The notes beneath the pieces were generated by a model, which made no database searches, was not told the DNA's origin, and was given only the letters and a program-made list of their open reading frames with translations. Of a DNA stretch of 64,000 bases, positions 44,173 through 56,350 are shown piece by piece. The position numbers and the translations under genes were made by a program. The stretch comes from Ascoidea asiatica JCM 7603. Its lineage: Eukaryota; Fungi; Ascomycota. Every line of letters starts with the position of its first letter. Position 1 is the stretch's first letter. The stretch lies in NCBI GenBank assembly GCA_001600695.1, contig BCKQ01000003.1, positions 776,003 through 840,002 on the forward strand. Reading direction: 5' to 3'.

Positions 44173-47100
44173 TCAAAATATATCACCCACATCCTTCAAG
44201 TCTTGATTGGATCTTCTGACCCAGTAATTTCCATTATACTGCCAGTATTCGTCACCCGTAATCGGATGAATTTTTTTCTCAAACCACCGTGGTTCATATT
44301 CAATTCCCTTTACATCTCTCATTTTTTTTGCATCTCTCTGTTTTTCCTCAACCCTGTGCTTCTCATCAGAGGCATCATCATATCTACCTTCTTCCATAGC
44401 TCTTTGATCTGGTCTCAATCTAGTATCCGTTGGAGGCAAGAAGGGCTTTAAATGTGGTTGCAAGGCATTTAATGAAATTGCAAATTGTGTAAGATTAAAA
44501 GGAGACCTAGGTCTTGGATTGGCTTCCCATAATATTGTTTTTCTACCGTATTTATTTTCCCCTTGATTTATAATTTTTTTGCAAAATATTTTTGAATTCC
44601 AATGACCATAAACAACATAACAGGCCTTATTGTTTTTATTGTATACAGTTCCTTTGACTTCATAGGCTGCTGATGCTCTCCATCCTCTTTGTTTGAAAGT
44701 AAAAATGATTCGATCTCCAGTTGTGTGATTTTTAATTTCCATTTCACCATATTGATCAACAACAGGACGACCAATGAGAATACCAACAACTGAACTCGTA
44801 ACTTTTTTCCATGTGTATAATTCATCATCGGCAAGTTTCACTCCTTTGGAGTCAAATACACCTAAAACAGGTCTGATTCTCAAAAACCATTGTCCTAATG
44901 GATGAATGTCAAAGGTTCTACCGTTGAATTTTGATTTAACTGCACTTTCCCCTACATAATCCCATTTTGGAGATTCCGCAATAGCTGCAGACACAGGAGG
45001 ATGATGAGATACTTGTTCTACAAGAAATCTATATTTCTGATCTGTACGGCAATATTCATAAGTTTCACCAAGAAGTGGATTGAAAGGTTTTGCAACACGA
45101 TTAATAGTAGAACAATACTCAGAAGCTGCAAATGCAGCAACATAACACATTCTAAATGTTGAATCTTCTGCTTCCGCGGCTTTATCTAATAGATAACTAT
45201 ATTCCATATCTTCCGCCACACGTTGTAAAAGAGAAGTACATTCATTAAATGAAACAGGTAATGTCATTCTAGTCATATCTTTACCAATCAACGATTTAAG
45301 AATACCCCAGAGAGAAATTGCAGGTCTATCATCTTCTTCCATAGCCAATCTCTTACGTATTGGATCTTCATACCCCTTAAAGGATCCTTCTGATTTTAAC
45401 CTTTCCCATATTTGTTTATGAAGCTCATTAATTTTAGGTTTTTCTTCAATTGTTACTTCTTGAATTTCTTCATTTGAGTTTTCTTTTTCCACATTTGATA
45501 TACCTTCTTGATGGTAACCTGTAATAGTTTTTGTTTCAGAAGCTAAACTATCTTCCTTTATATTAATAATTGGTTTCTCAGTTAAAGGCAGAACATCCGG
45601 AACTGTTTTTAAAGAGGAAACTGGACCTTTTGAAGTTTCCAGATGTAATTTTTCATTTTCATCATCTTCATTTGCAGCATCAAAGAACATATCAGAATCA
45701 GAATCAGATTCCTCAACAAACTTACGAATTGCATTATCATCAATGCTTATTTTCTGGTTTATTGGTTCAAGAGTTGCACTTAAATTATCATTTTCAGTTT
45801 CTTCTAGATCTTCTTGCAAAGGAGGATTTTTTTCAAGAAATAATGATTTATTTTCCTTCTCCATATCATCCGACGACTTATCAATTGGTTTTCTTCTATT
45901 AATTTCATGCAACTGAGCATCAATTGAAGAACTCCTTAATCTTTCAACGGGAATAATAGGTTCAGAAACAACAATTTGATTATAATTTTTATCATAATCA
46001 TTCATAGTATTCGAAACAACCCTTGAAATTTCTTCACTTAAATTATCCAGGCTTGATAAACTATTTTTTCTTTCATTACTTATACTTTCTCTTCTAGAAG
46101 TTAAGGATTTAACCGAAGTTAAATGAAGTCTTTTTCTTTCTTCCAAAATAATTCTTTCTTTTAATACTTTTTTTAAATTTCTTCTTTCAAATTCAAGTTT
46201 TTCTAATTTCTCAACATTTTTCATATTTTCCTTTTCTACTTCTTTTATTGAATTTTCCCATAATTCATTTATTTTACGAGCCTTGTTTACAGTTTTAATT
46301 AATTTTGAAGTTGCTAAAACATTTAATTTATTATAATTGTCAAAATCAGTTGAAACATTGGAAAGGCAATTTAAAGCTTCTTTTATAGATTGATGAATAC
46401 TTTGTAATTTTTCATTTTCGTTATCAATATTATCAGTTTTACTATCAGAAGTTTCAGATGAAGAATCATACTTTTGAAGTGATTTTGGAAATATTTTAAT
46501 TGTTGCATTTAATAAATCAGTTAATAAAGTCATTTGGAATAAAATTGATTTTTGTAAAGGTTGAGTAGATCTTTCACATTTTGATACTACCAGATTCAAA
46601 TCCATTTCAGATTCTTCATCTTCATCATCAAATTCATCATCAATATCAAAATTTTCATCTTCAGAGTGTACAGCAGTACTTAAGCTTGAAACATTATCAG
46701 AATCTCTTGGGAAAGATTCTCCTGGACTTAATTTTGATGAATTTATATTACTTGAAGAAGTTTTTAAATTATCATTAATATTTATTGAATGAGTATTAGG
46801 AGAAGAAACTGAAGCTGAATCATTATTATTTTTATTTGTAGAACTAAATGATAATGAAGACATATGACTTGCATTTCTTAATTTATAAACTGAAGAAGTA
46901 AGAAAAGATTTACTTCTTTTATGAGAATTTTGAGATGAAATATTTTGATTTGTAGGAGATAAAGAATGACTAGAATGAGTATAAGATCTAGTTTTTGGAC
47001 TATTTTTAGGACTATTTTTATAATTATTAATTTTTGGACTTATTACAGAAGAATTATTTGATTCAGTTGAAGAAATTTGTTGTTGTATTTGTTGTTGTTG

Positions 47101-48669
47101 CTGTCTTAATTTTATATCTCTATCTTTTGCAAATCTAATTGCACCTTGAATAGCCCAACCCCATCTATTAACTTCTACAGGATGATTACCTTTTAAATGC
47201 CATCTAATATTATTTTTTGAAGCAATAATTTCAAATTTTATTTTTTCAGAAGAATCTAAATGTAAAGTACAATTTTTTAAATTTATTGAACCTCTACAAG
47301 AAGAATTTATATCATCTTGATTTTTATAATAAGATAAAATTCCATCAGAATCTAAAATAAACCAACGTAATTTATAACCACTTGCTAAATTTGTCCATTT
47401 TTTTAAATAACCTTTTAAAGTTGGAGATTTTTCCATATTATTTAAATTACCAATAATTGCATTTTGATTATTATTTGAGATATAATTATTATGATTTGTA
47501 GATGAATTTGAATTAAAATCTAAAGAAGAATTTAAATTTGGACTTGAAATTGAATTTTGAATTGAATCATTTTGATCAAAATTATCAATTGTTATATTTT
47601 TGATAGTTGCAGGAGAACTAAGAATATTATTATCAAAATTATTTTGTTGTTCAATTTTATTAATATTATTATTATTATCATTAAAATTATTATTGATGTT
47701 ATTATTATTGATGTTATTATTATTGATGTTATTATTATTGTTATTATTATTATCTAAAGATATTATTACACTTTGTCTTTGAGAAGCATCTTTTAATAAT
47801 TTTTTAATTTGATCATCTTTTTTTGAAGTTATTTCTATAGGTAATTTACCTCTTTTATCTCTTTTAAAAGGATCACCACCATGATTTAAAATCCATTTAA
47901 TCATTTGAATATCTTTTTTTTTAATAAATTCATGTAAAATAGTATCACCAGTTTTTGGATCAAGACCATTTAAATCTAATAATTCATTATTTCTATTTGA
48001 ATTTGAATTTAAAATTAAATTTAAATTATTAAAATCTCTATTTGTAAAAGCAGATCTTAATAATTTTGAAATTTTTTCAATATATTTTAATCTTTCATTA
48101 TTCATAAAATTATAAATTATTGGATTAATTTGAAAACTTAAATCTATTGGTTGTTTATTTGAATTATTATAAATTGTATCATCAATTTTTGGATTTGATA
48201 ATAATAAAGAAATAACTTCTAAATTTGAATTTAAAACAGCAATATGTAAAGGAGTATTACCATTTTCATCTTGAGAATTAATATTAATAATTTGATTATT
48301 ATTAATATTATCATTATTTGAATTTAAATCAATTAATTCTTTTATAAAATTAGTTGGACAAATTTGAATTGCATAATGTAAAATTAAAGATCTAATTTTT
48401 TTAATTCTTAAATCATTTGAATTTGATAAAAGTTTAATTTTTTCAATATCATTTGATTTTAAAGCTTCAAGTAATTTTAATTTATATAAAGGTACATTAA
48501 TTATATTTTTTTTAAAAAATTCATTATTTTTCTCTAAATTTTCTTTAGTTTTATTATTTTTAATATTTTTAATATTTTTTATCTTATTATTATCATTATC
48601 TTGATTAAGTTTATTATTTAATGATTTTTTAGAATTTATACTTGAATCTATAGATAATTTGTTATCCAT
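44173..48669 (-). CDS. SWH1: Oxysterol-binding protein with ankyrin, PH, FFAT and ORD domains (Osh1/Osh2)
   Basis: GNTPLHIA ankyrin, KGYLKKWTN..GYKLRWF PH, DMFFDAA FFAT, EQVSHHPP signature. Confidence 0.93.
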   Translation of the reverse strand: MDNKLSIDSSINSKKSLNNKLNQDNDNNKIKNIKNIKNNKTKENLEKNNEFFKKNIINVPLYKLKLLEALKSNDIEKIKLLSNSNDLRIKKIRSLILHYAIQICPTNFIKELIDLNSNNDNINNNQIININSQDENGNTPLHIAVLNSNLEVISLLLSNPKIDDTIYNNSNKQPIDLSFQINPIIYNFMNNERLKYIEKISKLLRSAFTNRDFNNLNLILNSNSNRNNELLDLNGLDPKTGDTILHEFIKKKDIQMIKWILNHGGDPFKRDKRGKLPIEITSKKDDQIKKLLKDASQRQSVIISLDNNNNNNNNINNNNINNNNINNNFNDNNNNINKIEQQNNFDNNILSSPATIKNITIDNFDQNDSIQNSISSPNLNSSLDFNSNSSTNHNNYISNNNQNAIIGNLNNMEKSPTLKGYLKKWTNLASGYKLRWFILDSDGILSYYKNQDDINSSCRGSINLKNCTLHLDSSEKIKFEIIASKNNIRWHLKGNHPVEVNRWGWAIQGAIRFAKDRDIKLRQQQQQIQQQISSTESNNSSVISPKINNYKNSPKNSPKTRSYTHSSHSLSPTNQNISSQNSHKRSKSFLTSSVYKLRNASHMSSLSFSSTNKNNNDSASVSSPNTHSININDNLKTSSSNINSSKLSPGESFPRDSDNVSSLSTAVHSEDENFDIDDEFDDEDEESEMDLNLVVSKCERSTQPLQKSILFQMTLLTDLLNATIKIFPKSLQKYDSSSETSDSKTDNIDNENEKLQSIHQSIKEALNCLSNVSTDFDNYNKLNVLATSKLIKTVNKARKINELWENSIKEVEKENMKNVEKLEKLEFERRNLKKVLKERIILEERKRLHLTSVKSLTSRRESISNERKNSLSSLDNLSEEISRVVSNTMNDYDKNYNQIVVSEPIIPVERLRSSSIDAQLHEINRRKPIDKSSDDMEKENKSLFLEKNPPLQEDLEETENDNLSATLEPINQKISIDDNAIRKFVEESDSDSDMFFDAANEDDENEKLHLETSKGPVSSLKTVPDVLPLTEKPIINIKEDSLASETKTITGYHQEGISNVEKENSNEEIQEVTIEEKPKINELHKQIWERLKSEGSFKGYEDPIRKRLAMEEDDRPAISLWGILKSLIGKDMTRMTLPVSFNECTSLLQRVAEDMEYSYLLDKAAEAEDSTFRMCYVAAFAASEYCSTINRVAKPFNPLLGETYEYCRTDQKYRFLVEQVSHHPPVSAAIAESPKWDYVGESAVKSKFNGRTFDIHPLGQWFLRIRPVLGVFDSKGVKLADDELYTWKKVTSSVVGILIGRPVVDQYGEMEIKNHTTGDRIIFTFKQRGWRASAAYEVKGTVYNKNNKACYVVYGHWNSKIFCKKIINQGENKYGRKTILWEANPRPRSPFNLTQFAISLNALQPHLKPFLPPTDTRLRPDQRAMEEGRYDDASDEKHRVEEKQRDAKKMRDVKGIEYEPRWFEKKIHPITGDEYWQYNGNYWVRRSNQDLKDVGDIF

Positions 48670-49147
48670 TTTACTATACTTTTAATTTAAGTATTTATTA
48701 TTATAATTGATATTATAATTATTATTAATATTGTTATTGTTATTGATTTATTTGTAATTGATTAAATTTGACAATAATGAGAAATGAGAAATGAGAAATG
48801 AATAAAGTTAAAGTGCAATTTGAAGTAATTGAGGTCAATTTATACAATAATTCCAAAGGCAGTCAGTTTATCAAGCAAGCAATATAATATTTCAATGATT
48901 GATTAATTGAATAGTTGAATAGCAGGTTAATTGATTGATAAATATAATATGAAGTAAGTAAATAATTCAAAAGAGATATAAAATCGAATATAATATAATA
49001 AAATAAAATATATCAGAGAAAAGTAATGGATAAAGACTCGATGTCAAAGCTATCAACCTTTCTATATTTCTTTCTATCTTTCTCTCATACTGAACAGAAG
49101 ACAGACAGATCGCTCGCTATCTGAGATAACCAGCAGAAGCTGTCTCG

Positions 49148-49197
49148 TTCTTCGCTTTCTTCGCTTTCTTCGCTTTCTTCGCTTTCTTCGCTTTCTT
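49148..49197. repeat. 9-bp tandem repeat (TTCTTCGCT)x5.5 in the OSH1 promoter
   Basis: Direct inspection; produces spurious repetitive ORFs. Confidence 0.9.
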
Positions 49198-49455
49198 TGT
49201 TTTCTCGTTCGTTTCGCAAGCAAAGAACAAAACAAAACAGAATTGTTGACACTCCGCCTTCCCCGGCAACACACGCACGCAGTACCGCAGTAGGGGCGAC
49301 GCAGTTTGAGCAGCGCAAAAATACAAGAAAAAGCAGTGGGACGACGGCATTAAAGTTCAGGGACAGTATGCGTGTTCTGTCCCGATATCTATTTTTCTAT
49401 AATATAAGGTTGAATTGTCATTACTGTTTTAATATCTAAATTCTAAACATTTAAT

Positions 49456-49510
49456 TATTCAAATATTCAAATATTCAAATATTCAAATATTCAAATATTC
49501 AAATATTCAA
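49456..49510. repeat. 8-bp tandem repeat (TATTCAAA)x~7 spanning the CDC15 stop codon
   Basis: Direct inspection; the stop at 49499-49501 lies inside the array. Confidence 0.9.
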
Positions 49511-52500
49511 GTGTCTATATATTTCACTCATCATCCAATAGAGTTCTTTTTCAGTTCCATTTCCTGTTGGTAGTGATGTTCGTAGTTCTTTTTTCAAAAA
49601 ACCACCAATATTCACACTATTCATCATTATTCGATTACTATCAATCATTCTTTTAAAGAAATTTAGCATAACGATTTTGTTCTCTATTCTACTACATTCT
49701 CCTCCTTGATCAAATAATCTCATTAACGTTCGTATAAATGTTATAGAACATCTCATTGTTTTATTAACATTCAATTCAAATCTATTCATTTTATTTTCTT
49801 TTATTCCTATTCCATTCTTACTCATCTTATCTATTATTTTAAATATTTTATTAATATATTCTTTATCTTTTTTATTTTTTTCCGATTTTAATCCTAAGTT
49901 TAATAATATCACTCCTATCCAATCCAATGCATTATAATTGAATAATATATTAACATAGATGAAATTATCTCCATTCAATTCTTCTACTTCTTCTTCTTCT
50001 TCTTCTTCAATATTTTCCATTAAAATTGACCAAATTCCATCAATACCACATAAAGGAATCTCTGGTATAATATCATAATCTTGTTCAAGAAATTTTATCA
50101 ATTCAAAAATACCTCCACTAATTAAAAACTGTTTTTTAAATCTATTCAAATCAATGAAAAATGTTTTTAGAAATTTTATAATTTCAACTTTAATTTTACT
50201 TGAAAACTTTATTGATAAAAATTTAAATAATATTGTAATTCCACCAAGATTTATAAACTCTTTTTCAAATTTATTTAAATTTTTATTAAAAATTAATGTT
50301 AAAATCTTTATTATATTAACAACTAAATCTTCATTTGTATTATTCACTATTGATAATTTTTCTAGTAGTCTTAAAAATTCATAATTTATTAACCTATTTC
50401 TATAAATTGATTTACTCGATTTACTAATTTTATTAATTAATTCTTCATTTTCTTTAAAAATGAAAAAAATCTTGAATAAATTATTATTTAATTCATTATA
50501 ATATTTATAATTAAAATTAAAATTAGTGTTTAATTGATCACTATTAACTAATCTAGAAAATTCTTCCATTAATTCATTTACTTTTATTTCATCATCTATT
50601 TTTAAATTCTTATTTATATTATTATTTATATTATTCAAATCTTTACTTAAATCTTTACTTATATCTTTACTTATATCTTTTTTTGAATCTAAATTTAATT
50701 CTGTATTTAAATCATTATTTTCCATTAAATCATCACTTAATATATCCATATTCATTTCATTTTTCAGAAATGTTAAATCATTTAAATCTTCATCACTTTT
50801 ATTAATTTCTTCTTCTAATAATCGAGTAAATTCAATATTATCTTTAAATTTATCTTTATCTTTTAATTGAAGTTTCAAATTCATATCTTTACTTAATTCA
50901 AAATCTTCCATAAAATCTTTTTCATTAACTTCATAATCATTTTCTTTATATTTTTCAATTGAATTAAGATTTAAATTACTTGAGGGATTTATTGGATTTA
51001 TTGGATTTATTGGATTTATTGGATTTAATGAAGTTTTTGAATTTATTGGATGAAATTTTGAATTTTTTCTTGAAAGTTTAATATTTGAATCATTATTCAA
51101 ATTTTCTAAATTTTCAAAATCATTATCCCAATTTTCTAATTCATTATTTAATTCTTTATATTTAAATATTTTATTAGCTTTTGTTGAATTCAACAGAATA
51201 TTATTATTTTTGATATTTATAAAATCTGAATTTGGTAATGAATTTCTATTAATATTATGTTTTTTCAAACCATTTTCAATTCCATTATTATTTGTTAACC
51301 ATTTATGATTTAATAATTCTTTTGCAGATATTCTTAATTTTGGATTTTTTTCAAAACATTTTAAAAGAAATTTTTTACAATTTAAAGAAATTTCAGAAGG
51401 TAAAGGAGGAAATTCATCAGTTACAATTGCATGTAAAGCAGTCATTGAGTTTAAATCATGATAAGGTGGATGTGTTGTTAATAATTCAATAATTGTAGCA
51501 CCTAAAGACCATATATCACAAGCAGTTGTGATTTTTTCTAAAGAAATAATTTCTGGAGCCATCCAATTTGGAGTTCCAACAACATTTTTATTTAAAAAAG
51601 TATTTGAATTAGAAAAATTTTTTGAACTTAAATTTATTGAAACACCAAAATCTGCTAATTTAACAACTTGATTATTATTTGTTAATAATAAATTTGCAGC
51701 TTTTATATCTCTATGAACAATATTATTTTGATGTAAATAATTTAAACCATTTAAAACTTGAATAATATAAAAAATTATTGAATTTTCAGTTAAATTTTTA
51801 TTATTTAATTTTTTATTTGATTTATATAAATTTCTTAAAGAACCATTAGAACAAAATTCTAAAAAAATATTTAAATTATTATTATATTTTACATAACCAT
51901 AATATTTTACAATATTTTTATGATTTAAAGATTTAAGTAAATTTATTTCAGACATTATTATTTCCAAAGTATTATTATCAGAATTAATATTTTCTTTATT
52001 TGATATACTATTTGATATACTATTTGATATACTATTTGAAATTTTATTTGAAATTTTATTTGTATTAGTTATATTAATTGAATCATTTATATTTTTTGTA
52101 TAATTTTGATTATAATCATCATCTATTGAAATTTGTTTAATTGCCACAATTTTATTATTTTTTTTATTTATAGCTTTATAAACAATTGCAAAAGCACCTT
52201 TACCTAAAGATTCTTTAATTTCATAATCTTCAAAATTTATTATTGAATTTGAATTTGAATTTGAATTTGAATTTGAATTTGAATTTGAATTTGAATTTGA
52301 AAAAGAGATTGAATTTAAATTTAAATTTGGACTTGAAAATGAAGATGATATTGAACTACGAGAATTTCTTGAATTTCTTGAATTATAAGTTTGATGAGAA
52401 TTATGAGAATTATGAGAATTATGAGAAATATGAGTATTATTTGAATTATTTGAAATTATGGTTGAATTAATTGAAGAATTTGAAGGAGTTGAAAGATTAG

Positions 52501-53092
52501 AAGAAGGATGTCTTTTAAAAGAAAAAGAAGAAGAAGAAGATAATAAATTTCTATTTTTATTTGAACTTTTACTTGATTTTGAATTTAAATTTGTACTTGA
52601 GTTTGAACTTGAACTGGAGTTTGAATTTGTATTTATATTTAAATTTTTAGTTCTATTTCTAGTTTTATGAACTTTTAAATTTGATAAATTTACTGCATTA
52701 ACTATATTATTTATATTATTATTTATATTATTATTTATGATTTCATTATTCAGTTTACTTAAATTATGATTAAGATAATTATTTGAAACATTTGATATAT
52801 TTGAGATATTTGAGATTGAATTTGAGAAAGAAAAAGAATTTGAATTTGAATTTGAATTTGAATTTGAAGAAGATCTTGAATTTGAATGTTTTGAAGATTT
52901 TCTTGAATGATGTCTTGAAGAAGATAAATTTGAAGGTATAATAAAATTCAATTTTGGTGAATTTGGATTAGAAACTGATTTTAGATTAATATTTGAATCT
53001 GGAATTGAATTTTGTAAATTATTTAAATTATTTAAATTATTTGAAGTTGGAGAAACTGTATCTGAAGAAGTGAGTGAAAGAATTGATTCCAT
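49499..53092 (-). CDS. CDC15: Mitotic exit network STE-family kinase (Cdc15/SepH-like)
   Basis: LGKGAFAIVY, MSEINLLKSLNHKNIVKY, HRDIKAAN, VVGTPNWMAPE, WDNDF motif, C-terminal ARM-like region; near KIN3 and SWH1 as in S. cerevisiae. Confidence 0.9.
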   Translation of the reverse strand: MESILSLTSSDTVSPTSNNLNNLNNLQNSIPDSNINLKSVSNPNSPKLNFIIPSNLSSSRHHSRKSSKHSNSRSSSNSNSNSNSNSFSFSNSISNISNISNVSNNYLNHNLSKLNNEIINNNINNNINNIVNAVNLSNLKVHKTRNRTKNLNINTNSNSSSSSNSSTNLNSKSSKSSNKNRNLLSSSSSFSFKRHPSSNLSTPSNSSINSTIISNNSNNTHISHNSHNSHNSHQTYNSRNSRNSRSSISSSFSSPNLNLNSISFSNSNSNSNSNSNSNSNSNSIINFEDYEIKESLGKGAFAIVYKAINKKNNKIVAIKQISIDDDYNQNYTKNINDSINITNTNKISNKISNSISNSISNSISNKENINSDNNTLEIIMSEINLLKSLNHKNIVKYYGYVKYNNNLNIFLEFCSNGSLRNLYKSNKKLNNKNLTENSIIFYIIQVLNGLNYLHQNNIVHRDIKAANLLLTNNNQVVKLADFGVSINLSSKNFSNSNTFLNKNVVGTPNWMAPEIISLEKITTACDIWSLGATIIELLTTHPPYHDLNSMTALHAIVTDEFPPLPSEISLNCKKFLLKCFEKNPKLRISAKELLNHKWLTNNNGIENGLKKHNINRNSLPNSDFINIKNNNILLNSTKANKIFKYKELNNELENWDNDFENLENLNNDSNIKLSRKNSKFHPINSKTSLNPINPINPINPINPSSNLNLNSIEKYKENDYEVNEKDFMEDFELSKDMNLKLQLKDKDKFKDNIEFTRLLEEEINKSDEDLNDLTFLKNEMNMDILSDDLMENNDLNTELNLDSKKDISKDISKDLSKDLNNINNNINKNLKIDDEIKVNELMEEFSRLVNSDQLNTNFNFNYKYYNELNNNLFKIFFIFKENEELINKISKSSKSIYRNRLINYEFLRLLEKLSIVNNTNEDLVVNIIKILTLIFNKNLNKFEKEFINLGGITILFKFLSIKFSSKIKVEIIKFLKTFFIDLNRFKKQFLISGGIFELIKFLEQDYDIIPEIPLCGIDGIWSILMENIEEEEEEEVEELNGDNFIYVNILFNYNALDWIGVILLNLGLKSEKNKKDKEYINKIFKIIDKMSKNGIGIKENKMNRFELNVNKTMRCSITFIRTLMRLFDQGGECSRIENKIVMLNFFKRMIDSNRIMMNSVNIGGFLKKELRTSLPTGNGTEKELYWMMSEIYRHLNI
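52244..52300. repeat. (GAATTT)n coding repeat giving a Ser-Asn tract in Cdc15
   Basis: Direct inspection. Confidence 0.9.
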
Positions 53093-53725
53093 TTGTTGAG
53101 CTATTATTTGTTTAATTTTGGATATTAGATAGAAATATTAAAGAAAGAATATTATAAATATCTTCATTGATATAATTGTCATTTTTAATAATATTATTAT
53201 TATTGTTATTGTTATTATTGTAGAATAGTAATCTCAAATAAAACTCAGTTCAAATTCAGTGATTTAATTCTGGTTTGTGTTTACATTTCATATATTTATT
53301 CTTCATTTATTTATTTATTTACTCTTTTATCTTTTATTTAGCTAATTAGTAAATTAATATGGCACGTGACTTGTCTTTTTTCAAAGGCCTCAGAGTTGAT
53401 TTAAACACTGGCGGTGGAATTAATGATGAATTAAATGATGGATTGAAGTCTACGAAGAAGAGTTGATAAGATAATGGACTTTGGAGTGGGATTAAAAAAG
53501 AATATTTATTAGAATCTAGTTAAAAGGCTTGAATGAAAAATTGAATGAAGAGTTAAATGAGAATTATATTTATATTGTACATACAAGTCTGGCATGTATA
53601 TGAATCAAAAAGAATACCAGCGATGAATAAATGAGCAAGTTATAAAAAAGAAGAAAAATAAAGAAAAAAAGTAAAAAAAAAAAAGAGAGAGAGAGAGTAA
53701 ACACCAATATATAGAATTGAAAGAT

Positions 53726-53977
53726 TCAGTTTTTTTGACTGTTTCTATGAATGAGATTATGATTATTTCTAGAAGGAGATTGTAATAATTCTAACATTCT
53801 TGATTGTTTTGATTTTTCATCTAAGATTTCATCATTTAAACCAGAATCATTATTCATTGTATTATTTACAGGACATTGAAATATTGAATTTAAAGAAACA
53901 ACACCAAATGCAATTAAAAAAGTTGTTGAGAATAATGAATTTGTCACTTTTTTGTAAGTTACTGCTCTTATAAACAT
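53726..53977 (-). CDS. COA2: Cytochrome c oxidase assembly factor 2
   Basis: RAVT..KVTNSLFSTTFLIAFG..SIFQCP resembles yeast Coa2 RAVT...NNLYFSTFLIAF...VLPCP. Confidence 0.85.
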   Translation of the reverse strand: MFIRAVTYKKVTNSLFSTTFLIAFGVVSLNSIFQCPVNNTMNNDSGLNDEILDEKSKQSRMLELLQSPSRNNHNLIHRNSQKN

Positions 53978-54841
53978 TTTTGAATGTTATTATAAAATTT
54001 TGAAAAAAGGTGAAATAAATAGCTATGATATAAAGTATATTTATAATATGTTTTGTTTTTTTTCTTTTCTTTTCTTTCTTTTCTTGGAGAAATATGATAT
54101 TAGTTATTAAAGAGAAAAGTTATAACTTTATTAAACCTTAACATCTTTCACGTCAATCACTTCGTCAATTATCTCGTCAATCACTTGAACAATCAACAAA
54201 AACACTTCAACTCCAGCTCCAGCTCCAATTCAAAGTCCTCTTTCAATCCCATTCAAAGCCTGAGAGTCTCAAAGTCTGATGATTTTTCACTTCCTTTTTT
54301 CTGCACAGAATCTGCACCTTTCCAGGCTGTTTCCTGTTTCTGTGCTCCAACATGACAATTGCACGCTGCTCATTGGCCAGAAGCGCAAACCTCTGCCTAA
54401 CCCCTTTTCTGTCTCCAAACCCCCCGGTGCGAACGTGTGTGTCCGTGGGTTTCTTTTCACTTTTCATGAAGCCCGCAAAAGCCCGAGAAATAAAAAAAAA
54501 AAGCAAAAAAAAAAAGAAAAAGACCGCTTTTGTGCTTATGTAATCCACACGCACTTTCAAAAGAAGTACATCCACAAAAATGGGTTCTTTCAAGAAGAAT
54601 ACCACAAATGTGGCTACACTCTATTTATGCATCTATCTGTATTTACCTACATGATCCGGTTCTCTGGGTAAGAAATGAATTTTGACGTGTTTTGGTTTGT
54701 TTATTTTAAATAAAAGACTTTGGTGGTTAATACAGATAAATTTATCAGATTTTATATTTATTTTATAGAAATAAAGGTTATTATTCAATTGAATTGAAAG
54801 AAATTCATCAAGTTTTATTTTACTTTATATCACTTTCATTA

Positions 54842-54967
54842 ATGAATAATCAAGCTCTGAAACTTTCAGATTTACAAGATATTGATTTTCAATCACAGGA
54901 TGTATTTGAAACTTCTTCCATAAGTAGTTCAAATTCAAATATTAATGATAATGAAACTAATTCATTA

Positions 54968-55013
<46 letters not shown>

Positions 55014-56290
55014 TATTAGAATTTGATCTTAATGATGATGAAAAATCTGATATAGATAATACTGATATACTCTCTAATTTAAATCATTCAAGATCAATTT
55101 TTGAAAATAAATTCTTATCAAATTCAAATACTGATTTTTCAAATTCATTAGATAATTTTAAAAATTTAAAAAAAAAAAAAATTAATTCATTTAATTTATA
55201 TAAAATTAATGAATCTTATAATGATAAATTAATTAGAATTCAAAATGAATTAAATGAATTAAAAGCTTTAAAAGAAATAAATTCAAATGTAATTAAAAAT
55301 AATAAAATTCAACCTATTGAAGATATAAATATAAATAAAGTAAATTTATTATATAAAATTTTAAATGAATTAAATAATTCAACAAATTTAAATTTAATAC
55401 AATCAAAAAATATTAATAATAATAATGATAATAAATTATCAATAGATATTCCAAAAGATGATAAATTAATTAAAAATATAAAAATTAATGAAATTAATAA
55501 ATCTACAAAAGATTCTATAATTCAATTAGAGAAAAAAATTTATAAATTAGAAAAATTAATTGGTTATAATGATAATTTAGATTTATTAAATTTAAATGTT
55601 GATTTTGAAAATTTAAATAATAATAATACTACCAATTCTTTTAAAAATATTGAATATATGATAAATCAATTAAATAGAAAATTTAAATTACTTTCAACAG
55701 ATAATGAAGAAAATAATAATTTTTCAAAAGAAATGATTTTAAATAATATTTTAAATAAAATTGATTTATCTTATCAAAATTTATCAAAAATTGGGAATTT
55801 CAGCAATAATAATAACAATAATCATAATAAATTTTCAATTTCTGATAACCTTAATAATATTAATAATAATGAACATTCTAATGAACATTCTAATGAAAAT
55901 AATAATGAAAATAACATTTCTATTTCAATAACTGAATCTCAAAAAATAAATGATTTATATTCTTTAATAAATACTGATATAATTTCAAAAAAAAATCAAA
56001 ATAATAATAATTTAAAAATAAATTTAAATTCTTTTATATTACCAATAATAAAAAGATTAAATTCTCTAAATTCATTATATAAAGATATGAATTTAAGTAT
56101 AAATTTAGGTAAAAATTTAAATGAAATTATTGATAATTTAAATAATGATTATATTAAATGGAATGAAATTTTAATAAAATCTGAAAATAAATTAATTAAA
56201 GAAGAAAATAATTTTAAAAAAAATAAAGATGAAATAAACTCTTGGATTAAAGAATTAGAATTGAAAATTGATAAATTAAGTGAACAATAA
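54842..56290 (+). CDS. JNM1: Dynactin subunit p50/dynamitin (Jnm1-like)
   Basis: First ATG at 54842; N-terminal DLQDIDFQSQDVFETS, ESYNDKLIRIQNELNEL, LEKKIYKLEKLIG, LPIIKRLNSLNSLY coiled coils. Confidence 0.8.
54968..55012. repeat. (AAT)n poly-Asn microsatellite in dynamitin
   Basis: Direct inspection. Confidence 0.9.
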
Positions 56291-56320
56291 TGAATAATAT
56301 TGAATAATATTGAATAATAT
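56291..56320. repeat. (TGAATAATAT)x3 in the 60-bp gap between the convergent JNM1 and SOL3 stops
   Basis: Direct inspection. Confidence 0.85.
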
Positions 56321-56350
56321 TTAGGTTATATATAAAAAAAAATAAAATAT

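Noticed and set aside
49074-49439. Overlapping ORFs with RKR, EES and AKK repeats
   Set aside because: Artefacts of the 9-bp repeat and GC-rich promoter
54243-54671. 120-130-aa ORFs between COA2 and JNM1
   Set aside because: GC-rich promoter block with a poly-A run; codon usage unlike real genes here
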